This document shows positions 17,453-27,169 of a stretch of 64,000 bases of DNA, piece by piece. The stretch is taken from NCBI GenBank assembly GCA_043811535.1, contig JBDRNC010000017.1, positions 32,001 to 96,000 on the forward strand. Reading direction: 5' to 3'. Positions within the stretch are counted from its first letter, which is position 1; the number at the start of each line of letters is the position of its first letter. The DNA comes from Elusimicrobiota bacterium. Lineage in GTDB: Bacteria; Elusimicrobiota; Endomicrobiia; Endomicrobiales; JBDRNC01. The notes below the pieces were generated by a model. The model was not told the origin of the DNA. It did not search any database and saw nothing but the letters and a program-made list of their open reading frames with translations. The position numbers and the translations under genes were made by a program.

Positions 17453-18686
17453 AAGCGCCCCTGGCTTTGTTCACTTCCTTGATTATCCAGGGGATTATCT
17501 CGAAAAGATCGCCTTCTATAGCGAACGTAGCGAACTTCATCATGGGACAGTGCGGGTCCTTGTTAATAGCGACAATAATATCCGATGAACCCATCCCTAC
17601 CAGGTGCTGTATCTGACCCGATATCCCGCATGCGAAGTAAATTTTCGGGCTGACGGTCCTTCCTGTCTGGCCGACCTGGTGCGAATACGGTATCCAGCCC
17701 GCGTCAACGGCCGCGCGCGAAGATCCCACGGCGCCGCCGAGACATTCGGCAAGTTCTTCTATCATCTTGAATCCTTCGGGTTTTCCCAGCCCTCTGCCGC
17801 CCGAGCAAATAATATCGGCGTCAGACAGGTTGACTTTCGCGGTGGTGTCATTTATGAACTGCAGGAATTTAGTACGGTTCAGTATATTGGACGCGTCAAC
17901 CGTCTTCTTGACGACTTCCCCCTTGCGGGAAGCGTCTTTTGCCGACGGCTTGAATACTTTATGTCTGACGGTGGCCATCTGCGGCCTGTGGCGCGGCGTC
18001 AATATCGTGGCCATAATGTTGCCGCCGAACGCAGGGCGCGTCTGCTGGAGGTTCCTGGTTTCAAGGTCAATTTCCAGGCCGGTGCAGTCCGCCGTGAGCC
18101 CGGTGTAAATCCTCGCGGCCACTCTGGACGCGAAAGAACGCCCTATATTTGTGGCGCCCATAAGCACAATTTCAGGTTTTTCCTGCTGTATAAGATGAGA
18201 AAGTATGTCGCTGTAAGGGTCATCCTGGAACTCGGTTAAAATAGGGTCGTCGAAAAGGTATACCTTGTCGGCGCCGTGCTGTATGAGGTCCTGTGCCTTG
18301 GTTTCTATATTATGCCCCATCAGTATTGCGCTGAGCGGCACGCCGAGTTTTTTTGACAGTCGCGAGCCTTCGTTAAGGAGTTCGTAAACCACCGGAGAGA
18401 TCTCGCCGTGGCGTTGTTCCGCGTATACCCAGATACCCCTGTAATGCGTTTTGTCCACGTCAAGCTGGATCGGTTCTTCTTTGATAAGGTGGATCGCCTC
18501 GAATTTTTTGCAGGCATCTATGCAGGCGCCGCAAAACGTGCATTTATGAAGGTCAATAACCGCTAGTTTCAGCTTTTTGGGATGGTCGGGCCTTTCAACA
18601 AGCGCTATCGCGCCGAAAGGACAGGCCTTGATGCAAAGACTGCATCCGGTGCATTTTTCGGCGACTACATTGATTTGGTTTGACAT
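17451..18686 (-). CDS. etfA: Electron transfer flavoprotein alpha with N-terminal 2x[4Fe-4S] domain
   Basis: CTGCSLCIKACP and CTFCGACIDAC, then GLTADCT, TRPAFGGN, QVGQTG, GISGQIQH. Confidence 0.96.
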   Translation of the reverse strand: MSNQINVVAEKCTGCSLCIKACPFGAIALVERPDHPKKLKLAVIDLHKCTFCGACIDACKKFEAIHLIKEEPIQLDVDKTHYRGIWVYAEQRHGEISPVVYELLNEGSRLSKKLGVPLSAILMGHNIETKAQDLIQHGADKVYLFDDPILTEFQDDPYSDILSHLIQQEKPEIVLMGATNIGRSFASRVAARIYTGLTADCTGLEIDLETRNLQQTRPAFGGNIMATILTPRHRPQMATVRHKVFKPSAKDASRKGEVVKKTVDASNILNRTKFLQFINDTTAKVNLSDADIICSGGRGLGKPEGFKMIEELAECLGGAVGSSRAAVDAGWIPYSHQVGQTGRTVSPKIYFACGISGQIQHLVGMGSSDIIVAINKDPHCPMMKFATFAIEGDLFEIIPWIIKEVNKARGA

Positions 18687-18700
18687 CTATATTTCTCCTG

Positions 18701-19486
18701 TTAAATAATCTGCAGTTGTTTGAGCTTGGCTACGAGTTTCTCGGCTGCAATTTCCGGAGAACCTTCAAGCTTTTCCCCTCCCGGTCTCGGAGGCGGAGTG
18801 AATATCTTCATGACTTGCGTGGGAGAGCCTGTTAAGCCGATACTCTTGGGTTCGGCTTTAATGTCCTGGCTTGTCCATTTCTGTATGACGGCCTTTTTTG
18901 CAGCCATAAGGCCGCGCAGTGACGGAAGCCTGGGCGTGTTTATCTCTTTGACGACGGTTATCAGGGATGGAAGAGGCATTTCGATGCTGTCATATCCGTC
19001 TTCCATCATTCTCTCCACCCTAACGTAACCCTCTTTTATTTCTTCTATCTTTTTAACGTAAGCGACATGCGGAATATCAAGCATTTCTGCCACGCCGGGA
19101 CCCACTTGAGCCGTGTCTCCGTCGGTGGCCTGCTTGCCGCAGATAATAAGGTCAAAAGGAGCAAGAGCCTGTATCGCCTTTCCGAGCGTGTAGGCAGTCG
19201 CCCACGTGTCCGCGCCCGCGAAAGCCCTGTCGGACACAAGCACGGCGCTGTCAATTCCCCTGCCCAGCGCTTCGCGGAGCGCCGCTTCCGCCTGGGGAGG
19301 CCCCATCGTAATAACGGTAGCCTTGCCGCCGAAACGCTCTTTCAGGCGCACGGCTTCCTCTATTGCGTACTCGTCAAAAGGATTTATGATCGATTCCACC
19401 CCTTCGCGTTTCAGCGTACCGGTTTCTGAATCGATCTGGACGTTTGTCGTGTTAGGAACCTGTTTGATACATGCTATGAAATGCAT
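18701..19486 (-). CDS. etfB: Electron transfer flavoprotein beta
   Basis: CIKQVP, INPFD, DRAFAGADT, GKQATDGDTAQVGP. Confidence 0.97.
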   Translation of the reverse strand: MHFIACIKQVPNTTNVQIDSETGTLKREGVESIINPFDEYAIEEAVRLKERFGGKATVITMGPPQAEAALREALGRGIDSAVLVSDRAFAGADTWATAYTLGKAIQALAPFDLIICGKQATDGDTAQVGPGVAEMLDIPHVAYVKKIEEIKEGYVRVERMMEDGYDSIEMPLPSLITVVKEINTPRLPSLRGLMAAKKAVIQKWTSQDIKAEPKSIGLTGSPTQVMKIFTPPPRPGGEKLEGSPEIAAEKLVAKLKQLQII

Positions 19487-19494
19487 TTTTTCCT

Positions 19495-20655
19495 CTATTT
19501 CTTTGCGGCGTTTTCTTTGATCATACAGAGCGCGATCTCATTGCGCTGGATCTGGCTTGTCCCTTCGTATATTTGCGTGATTTTGGCGTCTCTCATCATT
19601 TTTTCAACGGGGTATTCTCTGATGTATCCGTAGCCGCCCAGTATCTGCACTGCGTTCGTCGTCACTCTCATCGCGACTTCCGAGCAGTATAGTTTTGACA
19701 TGGCGGATTCTTTCGTGATGCGTTTATCCAATTTCGCGTCCATGTTCTTGGCCGTCTGGTAAAGCAGGCATCGCGCTGCCTCTACTTCCGTCGCCATGTC
19801 GGCGAGCATGTGCTGGATCGCCTGGAAAGAAGAAATAGGCTGGCCGAACTGTACCCTTGTCCTCGAATAAGATAGGGCTTCTTCTAATGCTCCGGCCGCT
19901 ATTCCGAGAGCCTGCGCCGCGACGCCGGGACGCGATGTATCAAGAGTTGCCTGCGCCGTAAGAAGACCATGGCCTTCCTTTCCTAACAGGTTCTCTTTGG
20001 GTATTTTACAGTTGTTGAATATAAGTTCTCTTGTTACCGAAGCGCGTATGCCCATTTTCTTTTCTTTTTTGCCGAAATCAAATCCGGGAGTTCCTTTTTC
20101 CACTATGAAGCAGGATATTCCCCTTGCTCCCCGGTCCGGGTTTGTTTTTGCGAAAACCGTGTATATCTCGGCCTCGCCCGCGTTAGTAATGAAGCATTTC
20201 GTGCCGTTGAGCACGTAAAAATCGCCTTCTTTTTTTGCGGTAGTGCGCATCGCCGTGGCGTCGGAACCCGCCTCGGGTTCAGTCAGACCGAACGCCGCGA
20301 GCTTCTTTCCGGAGGCTATATCAGGAAGGTATTTCTTTTTCTGTTCTTCATTTCCGGATATAAGTATAGGGAACGTGCCCAGCGCGGTCGCGGCAAGGCA
20401 AAGCGAGATGCCGCCGTCAACTTTGCAGAGTTCTTCTATCACGAGAACCAGATCCATCGTCCCGCCGCCGAATCCGCCGTATTCCTGAGGTATATACACG
20501 CCGCAGAGGTCCGCTTTCGCGAGTTCCTCTACGATGGGCCATGGGAATTCTTCAGTTTCGTCGTAATGTTCGCGCACCGGCTTGATTTTTTCGTGCGCGA
20601 CTTTCCGAGCGAGATCAACCATCATTTTTTGTTCTTCGGTCAGGAAATATTCCAT
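19495..20655 (-). CDS. Acyl-CoA dehydrogenase (Bcd/CarC-like)
   Basis: FGLTEPEAGSD, NGTKCFITN, RVQFGQPI, QILGGYGY, QIYEGTSQIQR. Confidence 0.95.
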   Translation of the reverse strand: MEYFLTEEQKMMVDLARKVAHEKIKPVREHYDETEEFPWPIVEELAKADLCGVYIPQEYGGFGGGTMDLVLVIEELCKVDGGISLCLAATALGTFPILISGNEEQKKKYLPDIASGKKLAAFGLTEPEAGSDATAMRTTAKKEGDFYVLNGTKCFITNAGEAEIYTVFAKTNPDRGARGISCFIVEKGTPGFDFGKKEKKMGIRASVTRELIFNNCKIPKENLLGKEGHGLLTAQATLDTSRPGVAAQALGIAAGALEEALSYSRTRVQFGQPISSFQAIQHMLADMATEVEAARCLLYQTAKNMDAKLDKRITKESAMSKLYCSEVAMRVTTNAVQILGGYGYIREYPVEKMMRDAKITQIYEGTSQIQRNEIALCMIKENAAKK

Positions 20656-20664
20656 CTAAACCTC

Positions 20665-20705
20665 CCCCGACGGAGTCGGGGCCCGCCAGCGTCTCAGTGG
20701 CGGGC
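20665..20705. other. Two adjacent GC-rich hairpins between rnc and the acyl-CoA dehydrogenase gene
   Basis: ccccgac-gga-gtcgggg and cccgcca-N9-tggcggg; abuts the GGAGG RBS at 20661-20665. Confidence 0.6.
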
Positions 20706-20721
20706 GTATTTTATTATTTAA

Positions 20722-21423
20722 CTACTTGTTGTTCTTTCTTATCTCTTTGTTGTTCTTTCTTATCTCTTTCAGCGCTTTTTTTGCGGCGGACTGTTCGGCT
20801 TCCTTTTTGGATTTACCGTTGCCGCTTCCCAGCAGATTCTTTTTGAAGAAAACGCCTATTTCGAATATTTTCTCGTGGTCTGGTCCGGATTCCGCGATTA
20901 TCCTGTATTCCGGCAGCGATTTGTAAGCCGATTGGATATATTCCTGGAGCTTGCTCTTCGCGTCGTTGATAATGACCCTGCGGTGCTTGACAAGATGCGT
21001 GCTTATGAATTTCTTGGCCGCTTCGAATCCCCCGTCCAAAAAAACCGCGGCTATCAAAGCTTCGAAAGTGTTTGAAAGGAGACTTTCGCGCTTCCTTCCT
21101 CCGGAAGCTTCCTCGCCTTTGCTTATGAATATAAAATCGCCGATGTCTATATTTTTCGCCCAGCGGCCCAGATTTTGGCGGGAAACAAGCTGTGATTTCA
21201 GCTGCGAGAGTTTTCCCTCGTCTTCGCCCGAGTACTTCAGGAACAGGTATTCGGCCACGACCGCCGCAAGTATGCTGTCTCCGAGAAACTCCATGCGTTC
21301 GTTGAATTCCTGCGTGCCAGCCTCGTCCGCGTAGGATTTATGCGTCAACGCCTTCCGGAGTATTTCTTTATCCTTGAATTTAAATCCGATTGTTTTTTCT
21401 AGCTTAGAGAAGTCAGCTGGCAT
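20722..21423 (-). CDS. rnc: Ribonuclease III
   Basis: ALTHKS, NERMEFLGD, dsRBD AKSKLQE...SKKEAEQSAA. Confidence 0.97.
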   Translation of the reverse strand: MPADFSKLEKTIGFKFKDKEILRKALTHKSYADEAGTQEFNERMEFLGDSILAAVVAEYLFLKYSGEDEGKLSQLKSQLVSRQNLGRWAKNIDIGDFIFISKGEEASGGRKRESLLSNTFEALIAAVFLDGGFEAAKKFISTHLVKHRRVIINDAKSKLQEYIQSAYKSLPEYRIIAESGPDHEKIFEIGVFFKKNLLGSGNGKSKKEAEQSAAKKALKEIRKNNKEIRKNNK

Positions 21424-22654
21424 ATCGTTTGACTATCAGCACTCCGTTATGTCCGCCGAATCCCAGCGAGTTGGATAAAGCGCAGTTGAATTTCTGTTCT
21501 CTTGCGGTGTTGGGAACGTAGTCCAGGTCGCATTCGGGGTCTTTTGTTTCGTAATTTATGGTCGGATGGATAAAGCCTTTTTCCATGCACACAAGCATCG
21601 CTATAAGTTCCGCGGCGCCGGCGGCTCCCAGCAGGTGGCCCGTCATTGATTTTGTCGAAGAAATAGGGATTTTGTAGGCCCTCTCTCCGAAAACAACTTT
21701 AATCGCTTTTGTTTCGGTCTTGTCGTTGTATTCGGTTGACGTGCCGTGGGCGTTGATATAGTCGATTTCGTCCGGGCTTATTCCGGCGTCCGCTATAGCG
21801 TTTTTCATCGCAAGTATTGCGGCGACGGCTTCCGGGTCAGGCGCAGTGATATGAAAAGCGTCATCGGAAGCTCCGTATCCGATCAGCTCGGCGTATATTT
21901 TCGCTCCGCGTTTCTGAGCGTGTTCAAGGGTTTCAAGGATTACGATCCCGGCGCCCTCTCCCATGACAAATCCATCCCTGTCTTTGTCGAAAGGACGGGA
22001 AGCTTTTTCCGGGGCGTCGTTTCTCGCGCTCAATGCCCTGATGCTGCAGAACCCGGCCAGCCCGAGCGGTGTGATTGCGGCTTCGGCACCGCCGGATACC
22101 ATGACATCGGCGTCACCGTAGCGCAACAGTCTCATTGCGTCTCCCATGGCGTGGTTCGCGGACGAGCACGCGCTGGAAATCGCGTAATTCGGGCCTTTCA
22201 TACCGTAGTGTATCGCGATTTCTCCGGGAAGCATGTTCGTTATAATCATCGGGATCAGGAACGGGCTTACGCGCCCCGGACCTTTTTCCGTGAGATTCGT
22301 ATGCTCCCGCTCAATTATGTCAAGGCCGCCGATTCCTGTGCCGGTGATCACGCCTATGCGCGAAAGGTCTTCCTTGGAGAAATCGATGCCCGAATCCTCG
22401 ACCGCCATTTTCGCGGCGCCGAATCCGAACTGCGTGAACATGGCCATGCGCTTGATCTTTTTCTTGTCGATGTAGTTCTCAGCCGTGAAGTCCTTGACCT
22501 GGGCCGCGATGCGCGTCGAGTAATTGCTGACGTCGAATTTAGTGAATACGTTCGCCCCGGATTTTCCCTGGCGAAGCGCTTCGGTGTAATTCTCTTTTCC
22601 CGTGCCTATCGGAGATACTATGCCGATTCCTGTTATAACGACTCTTTTATTCAT
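21413..22654 (-). CDS. fabF: Beta-ketoacyl-ACP synthase II
   Basis: RVVITG, SACSS, NAHGTST, GHLLGAAG, SNSLGFGGHN; start reassigned to ATG 22654. Confidence 0.97.
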   Translation of the reverse strand: MNKRVVITGIGIVSPIGTGKENYTEALRQGKSGANVFTKFDVSNYSTRIAAQVKDFTAENYIDKKKIKRMAMFTQFGFGAAKMAVEDSGIDFSKEDLSRIGVITGTGIGGLDIIEREHTNLTEKGPGRVSPFLIPMIITNMLPGEIAIHYGMKGPNYAISSACSSANHAMGDAMRLLRYGDADVMVSGGAEAAITPLGLAGFCSIRALSARNDAPEKASRPFDKDRDGFVMGEGAGIVILETLEHAQKRGAKIYAELIGYGASDDAFHITAPDPEAVAAILAMKNAIADAGISPDEIDYINAHGTSTEYNDKTETKAIKVVFGERAYKIPISSTKSMTGHLLGAAGAAELIAMLVCMEKGFIHPTINYETKDPECDLDYVPNTAREQKFNCALSNSLGFGGHNGVLIVKRYAS

Positions 22655-22748
22655 GGTTTTCCCGATATAAAAAGAAACCGCCACGAACCGCAAGACTCGT
22701 TAAGTCAGAGCCTAAAGGTCCGGAATATACCTAATTATATAGGTGCGG

Positions 22749-22985
22749 TTATTTTTTGTGTGATTTGATGTAGTCTATTGCCTGACCGACTGACTGGATC
22801 TTTTCAGCTTCCTCATCCGGAATCTCAATTCCGAATTCTTCTTCCAGGGCCATTACCAGTTCAACCGTGTCAAGCGAGTCTGCGCCGAGGTCGTTGATGA
22901 ATGATGCCTGAGGCGTGACTTCCGAGGGATCTACTCCGAGTTGCTCAACTATAATCTCTTTCACTCTTGTTTCAAGATCTGCCAT
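22749..22985 (-). CDS. acpP: Acyl carrier protein
   Basis: [20 protein letters not shown]. Confidence 0.98.
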   Translation of the reverse strand: MADLETRVKEIIVEQLGVDPSEVTPQASFINDLGADSLDTVELVMALEEEFGIEIPDEEAEKIQSVGQAIDYIKSHKK

Positions 22986-23041
22986 TTGAGGCCTCCTTAT
23001 TTTGTTTAGTTTTCCCTTTCAGGAAATATTTTACTGCTGAA

Positions 23042-23785
23042 CTACATGTACATTCCGCCGTTTACCGATATGACATGCCCGGTTATGTAGGAAGAGTCGT
23101 CCGAGCAGAGAAATAACGCCGCTTTGGCCACGTCTTCCGGTTCACCGAGCCGTCCCAGAGGTATCTGGTCTGAAAGTTTTTTCTTGTTTTCTTCCGACAG
23201 CGCATCTGTCATGGCTGTCTTTATGAATCCGGGTGCGATCGCGTTTACCAGAACGCCTCTTGACGAGAACTCTCTCGCGCAGGTTTTAGTAAGCGCTATC
23301 ACGCCGCCTTTTGAAGCCGAATAGTTTGCCTGGCCGGCGTTGCCCATTAGCCCGACTACGGAAGCGATGTTAACTATCCTGCCGCCACGCTGTTTGAGCA
23401 TCACACGGCTCGCGGCTTTCGTGCAGTTAAACACGCCTTTCAGGTTCACTCCAAGGACGGAATCCCATTCCTGATCCGACATGCGAAGTACCAAATTGTC
23501 TCTTGTAATCCCTGCGTTGTTAATAAGTATATTTATTTTGGAAAATTTGTCAAGTGTCTTTTGGATTAAATTTTCACAGTCGGCGTACACAGCGACATTC
23601 CCCGCAACCGGAATAGTGTCAACGCCGTATTTCTCCTTGATTTCCTGAGCGGTTTTGCCGGCAAGCTCGGCGTTTATATCCGAGATTACGATATTCGCGC
23701 CCTCTTTTGCCAGCGCTTCGGCTATTGACCTGCCAATCCCCTGGGCCCCCCCGGTTATAACTGCGACTTGGTCTTTGAGCTTCAT
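23042..23785 (-). CDS. fabG: 3-oxoacyl-ACP reductase
   Basis: TGGAQGIG, NNAGITRD, YSASK; fab context. Confidence 0.97.
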   Translation of the reverse strand: MKLKDQVAVITGGAQGIGRSIAEALAKEGANIVISDINAELAGKTAQEIKEKYGVDTIPVAGNVAVYADCENLIQKTLDKFSKINILINNAGITRDNLVLRMSDQEWDSVLGVNLKGVFNCTKAASRVMLKQRGGRIVNIASVVGLMGNAGQANYSASKGGVIALTKTCAREFSSRGVLVNAIAPGFIKTAMTDALSEENKKKLSDQIPLGRLGEPEDVAKAALFLCSDDSSYITGHVISVNGGMYM

Positions 23786-23842
23786 TTCTTCAATGCCTCC
23801 GTTGAAAATTGCAAATTCCAGAACGGCGTTTGCCGTGCATTA

Positions 23843-24780
23843 CTATTTTTCCAGCGCTTCCAGAGTTTTTTCAAGAGTTTTCTTGTCTTCTATGTTGAAT
23901 GATTTCTTTGTCTTATCTATCCTGCGCAAGAGCCCTGACAGGATTCTCTGGGGCCCGAGTTCGATAAAAACATCCGTTCCGGCCCCTGTCATCTTAAGCA
24001 TGGAACTCTCCCAGTACACGGGACTGTTTATCTGCTTTACTAGTTTTTCCTTTATCGCGCCCGCATCCGTTGTCACCTGGCCGTCGCAATTAGTGACGAC
24101 CGGGAATTTCGGCTCGGAAAAGGAATATTTCTTCAATTCATCCTTCATCATTTCCGCGGCGGGTGTCATAAGTGAAGAGTGGAACGGGCCGGAGACGTTG
24201 AGCAGGACCGCTTTCATCGCGCCGGCTTTCTGAGCCAGGTCCACCACTATTTTTACCCGTTCTGTCGAACCCGCTATCACGATTTGTCCAGGGGAATTGA
24301 AGTTAACCGGTTCGCAGACATTGGAATCTTCCGCCTGCTTGCAGATTTCCTCGACTTTGGACGTATCAAGCCCTATTATGGCAGCCATCGTTCCTTCGGT
24401 TTGTTGTGACACTTTCTGAATGAATTCCCCGCGCGCCTTGACAAGCTTTAATCCGTCTTCAAAACTGAAAACTTCCGCGGCCGCAAGAGCCGAATACTCT
24501 CCGAGAGAATGGCCGGCGGCAATACAGTTGACAGTTGACAGTTGACGGCAAAGACCTTGAAAATGGCGTAAGACACAGCGAAAATAGCGGGCTGGGTGTA
24601 CTGGGTCTGGCGCAAGGTTTCTTCTGGGCCTTCAAATATAATTTTCTTAAGGTCAAAACCCAGAACCTCATTAGCCTTATCCAAAATTTCCCTGCCAACG
24701 GGGTAGTTATCGTAGAAATCCTTGCCCATCCCGACGTATTGCGAGCCCTGCCCCGGAAAAATGAGTCCTATTTTAGTCAT
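23843..24780 (-). pseudogene. fabD: Malonyl-CoA:ACP transacylase, frameshifted at a 7-bp array (real or assembly artefact)
   Basis: FPGQGSQ and TQPAI are in one frame; GHSLGEY, ARGEF and VSGPFHS are in another; the switch falls at (acagttg)x3, 24524-24544. Confidence 0.9.
24524..24546. repeat. Perfect 7-bp tandem array inside fabD
   Basis: acagttg acagttg acagttg ac. Confidence 0.95.
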
Positions 24781-24840
24781 TAGTTGTTCCGTTTCGGTTT
24801 TTTTGGTATTTTAATCTTTGAATCTTTAATCCTGCAATCC

Positions 24841-24931
24841 ACCTTCGCCCCGAAAAAACAGGGCTTCGGCGGATTTCAGTTTGCCGTGAACGTCTTATTC
24901 ATATACGGGCTTGCGCCCGTAAAACTTCAAT
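24841..24931. repeat. Dispersed ~92-nt structured element, copy 2
   Basis: Same ordered blocks as 13872-13964. Confidence 0.8.
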
Positions 24932-24933
24932 CT

Positions 24934-25920
24934 TTACAATTTTATAACAGCTGCGGCCCACGTAAATCCGCCTCCGAATGCTACGAGTTCAACTATGTCG
25001 CCCTGCTTTACCTTGCCTTCTTTCCTTGCTTCATCAAGTGCTACTATGGTTGTCGCGGAGGACATATTCCCGTATTTATGCAGGTTTATGTAGACTTTAT
25101 CCATGGGGAATTCGGCTTTTCTTGCTATCGCTTCTATTATCCTCATATTCGCCTGATGAGGAATAAGCAGCGCCAAGTCCGAAAATTTTAGATTAGCTTT
25201 TTCAATCGCTTTTTCAGCGGCTTCCGACATCTTGGTTACCGCGATTTTGAATACTTCCTTTCCTTTCATTTTGATGAAGTTGAGGTGTTCATCTATATTC
25301 TTTTGAGAAGGCGGATTGCGCGAACCGCCGCCCGGATTGTAAAGCAGTTCCCAATAATTTCCATCGGCGCCGAGATAAGTGGAAAGTATCGCGCTGGGTT
25401 CATCGGTGCGACCCAGTATAATAGCTCCCGCTCCGTCGCCGAACAGCACGCATGTATTCCTGTCGGACCAGTCAGTATGCTTTGTCAGGCATTCCGCGCC
25501 TATCAGAAGGACGTTCTTCGCGCTGCCGTTCTCTATAGAATCTTTGGCTATCGATAAGCCGTATATGAAACCGCTGCAGGCCGCCGAGATGTCAAAGGCG
25601 TGCGCGTTGACCGCACCGAGCCCTTTCTGGACAAAACAGGCAGTTGAAGGAAAGAACATGTCAGGCGTTATCGTGGCTACAATGATGGCATCAATGTCCG
25701 CCGGGGTCAAATGCGCGTCCTCAATGGCTTTTTGCGAAGCGCGTATAGACAGGTCGGACGTAGCCGTGTGCTTGTCAGTTATATGGCGCTCTTTCATGCC
25801 TGTGCGCTGGGTGATCCAATCATCCGAAGTGTCAACTATTTTCGCGAGATCCGCGTTTGTCAGTATCTTTTCAGGGACATACGAGCCTGTCCCGAGGATT
25901 TTTACTCCGAATTTATTCAT
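24934..25920 (-). CDS. fabH: Beta-ketoacyl-ACP synthase III
   Basis: AACSGF, LFGDGAGA, PHQANMRI, YGNMSSA, FGGGFTW. Confidence 0.97.
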   Translation of the reverse strand: MNKFGVKILGTGSYVPEKILTNADLAKIVDTSDDWITQRTGMKERHITDKHTATSDLSIRASQKAIEDAHLTPADIDAIIVATITPDMFFPSTACFVQKGLGAVNAHAFDISAACSGFIYGLSIAKDSIENGSAKNVLLIGAECLTKHTDWSDRNTCVLFGDGAGAIILGRTDEPSAILSTYLGADGNYWELLYNPGGGSRNPPSQKNIDEHLNFIKMKGKEVFKIAVTKMSEAAEKAIEKANLKFSDLALLIPHQANMRIIEAIARKAEFPMDKVYINLHKYGNMSSATTIVALDEARKEGKVKQGDIVELVAFGGGFTWAAAVIKL

Positions 25921-26930
25921 TTTTCTTCCTGTTCCGGAATATCGTGTTTCAAAATTTCTTGCGCGATTTCCGTATTAACGTTCTTTTCGGCAAACTGGGC
26001 CGCTACTCTAAGAGCGTTCTTGATGGCTTTTGCGTTTGAAATGCCATGCCCGATTATGCACACGCCGTCAACTCCCAGCAGAGGCGCGCCGCCGTATTCA
26101 GAGTAGTCCACTTTTTTGCGGAGGTCTTTAAGCGCTGTCCAGAGGAAAGGAAGAGCGGCCCACGCGATGGGATGCGCTTTCAGTTCTTCCTTGACGAGTT
26201 TAAGCATCATCTCCGCGACACCTTCGCCGAATTTCAGCACCACGTTCCCCACAAATCCGTCGCATATTATCACTTCAGCCTTGCCTTTCGTAATATCATG
26301 CCCTTCAATATTGCCTACAAAATTTAGATCGCTTTTTTTGAGAAGCTCATAAGTGGCATTGGAAAGTTCGTTGCCTTTGCCTTCTTCTTCGCCTATCGAG
26401 AGCAGTCCTACTTTGGGGTTTGAGATTCCGTAAACCCTTTCTAAAAAAATCTTTCCCATTATGGCAAACTGGAAAAGATGTTTCGGTTTACAGTCCACAT
26501 TTGCCCCGACGTCAAGGACAACGCATAATCCGTTCAGCGTCGGGAAAACCGACGTTATAGCGGGCCTGCTTACTCCCGGAGTGCGTTTTAAATATAAAAG
26601 CGCTGACGCCATCGCGGCGCCCGAATTCCCGGCCGAGATAAAAGCGTTTGCCTTGCCCTGAGCTACGAGTTGCGCGGCAATAACTATGGAAGAGTTTTTT
26701 TTCTGTCTTACGGCCTGCGCGGGTGTTTCATCCATGCCGACCGTTTCCGGGGCGTCACAAATAGTTAACGGAAGCCCAGCGGTTTTGTGTTTCAAAAGCT
26801 CCGCTTTAAGCGCGCTTTCCCTGCCGACGAGTATTATTTCATGTTTCAGTTCTTTGGCAGCAAGCACCGCGCCCGCCACCGTGACGGCAGGTGCATGGTC
26901 TCCCCCCATCGCATCTAGGGCAAGGCGCAT
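25917..26930 (-). CDS. plsX: Phosphate acyltransferase PlsX
   Basis: LDAMGGDHAP, SAGNSGA, DVGANVD, DGFVGNV, GGAPLLGV. Confidence 0.97.
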   Translation of the reverse strand: MRLALDAMGGDHAPAVTVAGAVLAAKELKHEIILVGRESALKAELLKHKTAGLPLTICDAPETVGMDETPAQAVRQKKNSSIVIAAQLVAQGKANAFISAGNSGAAMASALLYLKRTPGVSRPAITSVFPTLNGLCVVLDVGANVDCKPKHLFQFAIMGKIFLERVYGISNPKVGLLSIGEEEGKGNELSNATYELLKKSDLNFVGNIEGHDITKGKAEVIICDGFVGNVVLKFGEGVAEMMLKLVKEELKAHPIAWAALPFLWTALKDLRKKVDYSEYGGAPLLGVDGVCIIGHGISNAKAIKNALRVAAQFAEKNVNTEIAQEILKHDIPEQEEK

Positions 26931-27139
26931 TATTTCTTTCCTTCCCCTGTTTTTTTCTTTTCCTTGCGGGGTATTACAAGCTCCCCGTTATAGAAGCCGC
27001 ATGCTCCGCATACCTTGTGGGGAAGCTTGGGTGCGCCGCACTGCGGACACTTGCTTGAATTCTGTGCCTGTACTCTCCAGTTCGCCGCGCGCCGCATGTT
27101 CCGGCGGCTTGGAGTGTGTTTTTTCTTTGGATTTGGCAT
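26930..27139 (-). CDS. rpmF: 50S ribosomal protein L32
   Basis: MPNPKKK, CPQCG...HKVCGACGFY; lies between yceD and plsX. Confidence 0.96.
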   Translation of the reverse strand: MPNPKKKHTPSRRNMRRAANWRVQAQNSSKCPQCGAPKLPHKVCGACGFYNGELVIPRKEKKKTGEGKK

Positions 27140-27169
27140 CTAAACGCCTCCTATGTATTTTCAACTAAC

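Noticed and set aside
22655..22748. Riboswitch or attenuator between acpP and fabF
   Set aside because: Only weak pairing and a short U-run; no recognisable motif
21746..22768. 340-aa plus-strand ORF and the other long plus-strand ORFs
   Set aside because: Antisense shadows of well-supported minus-strand genes, with no recognisable motifs
24448..24546. Programmed ribosomal frameshift in fabD
   Set aside because: No slippery heptamer or stimulator seen; repeat copy number explains the shift
24808..24840. Additional heptamer array (aatc repeats)
   Set aside because: Spacing is irregular (8, 7, 8)
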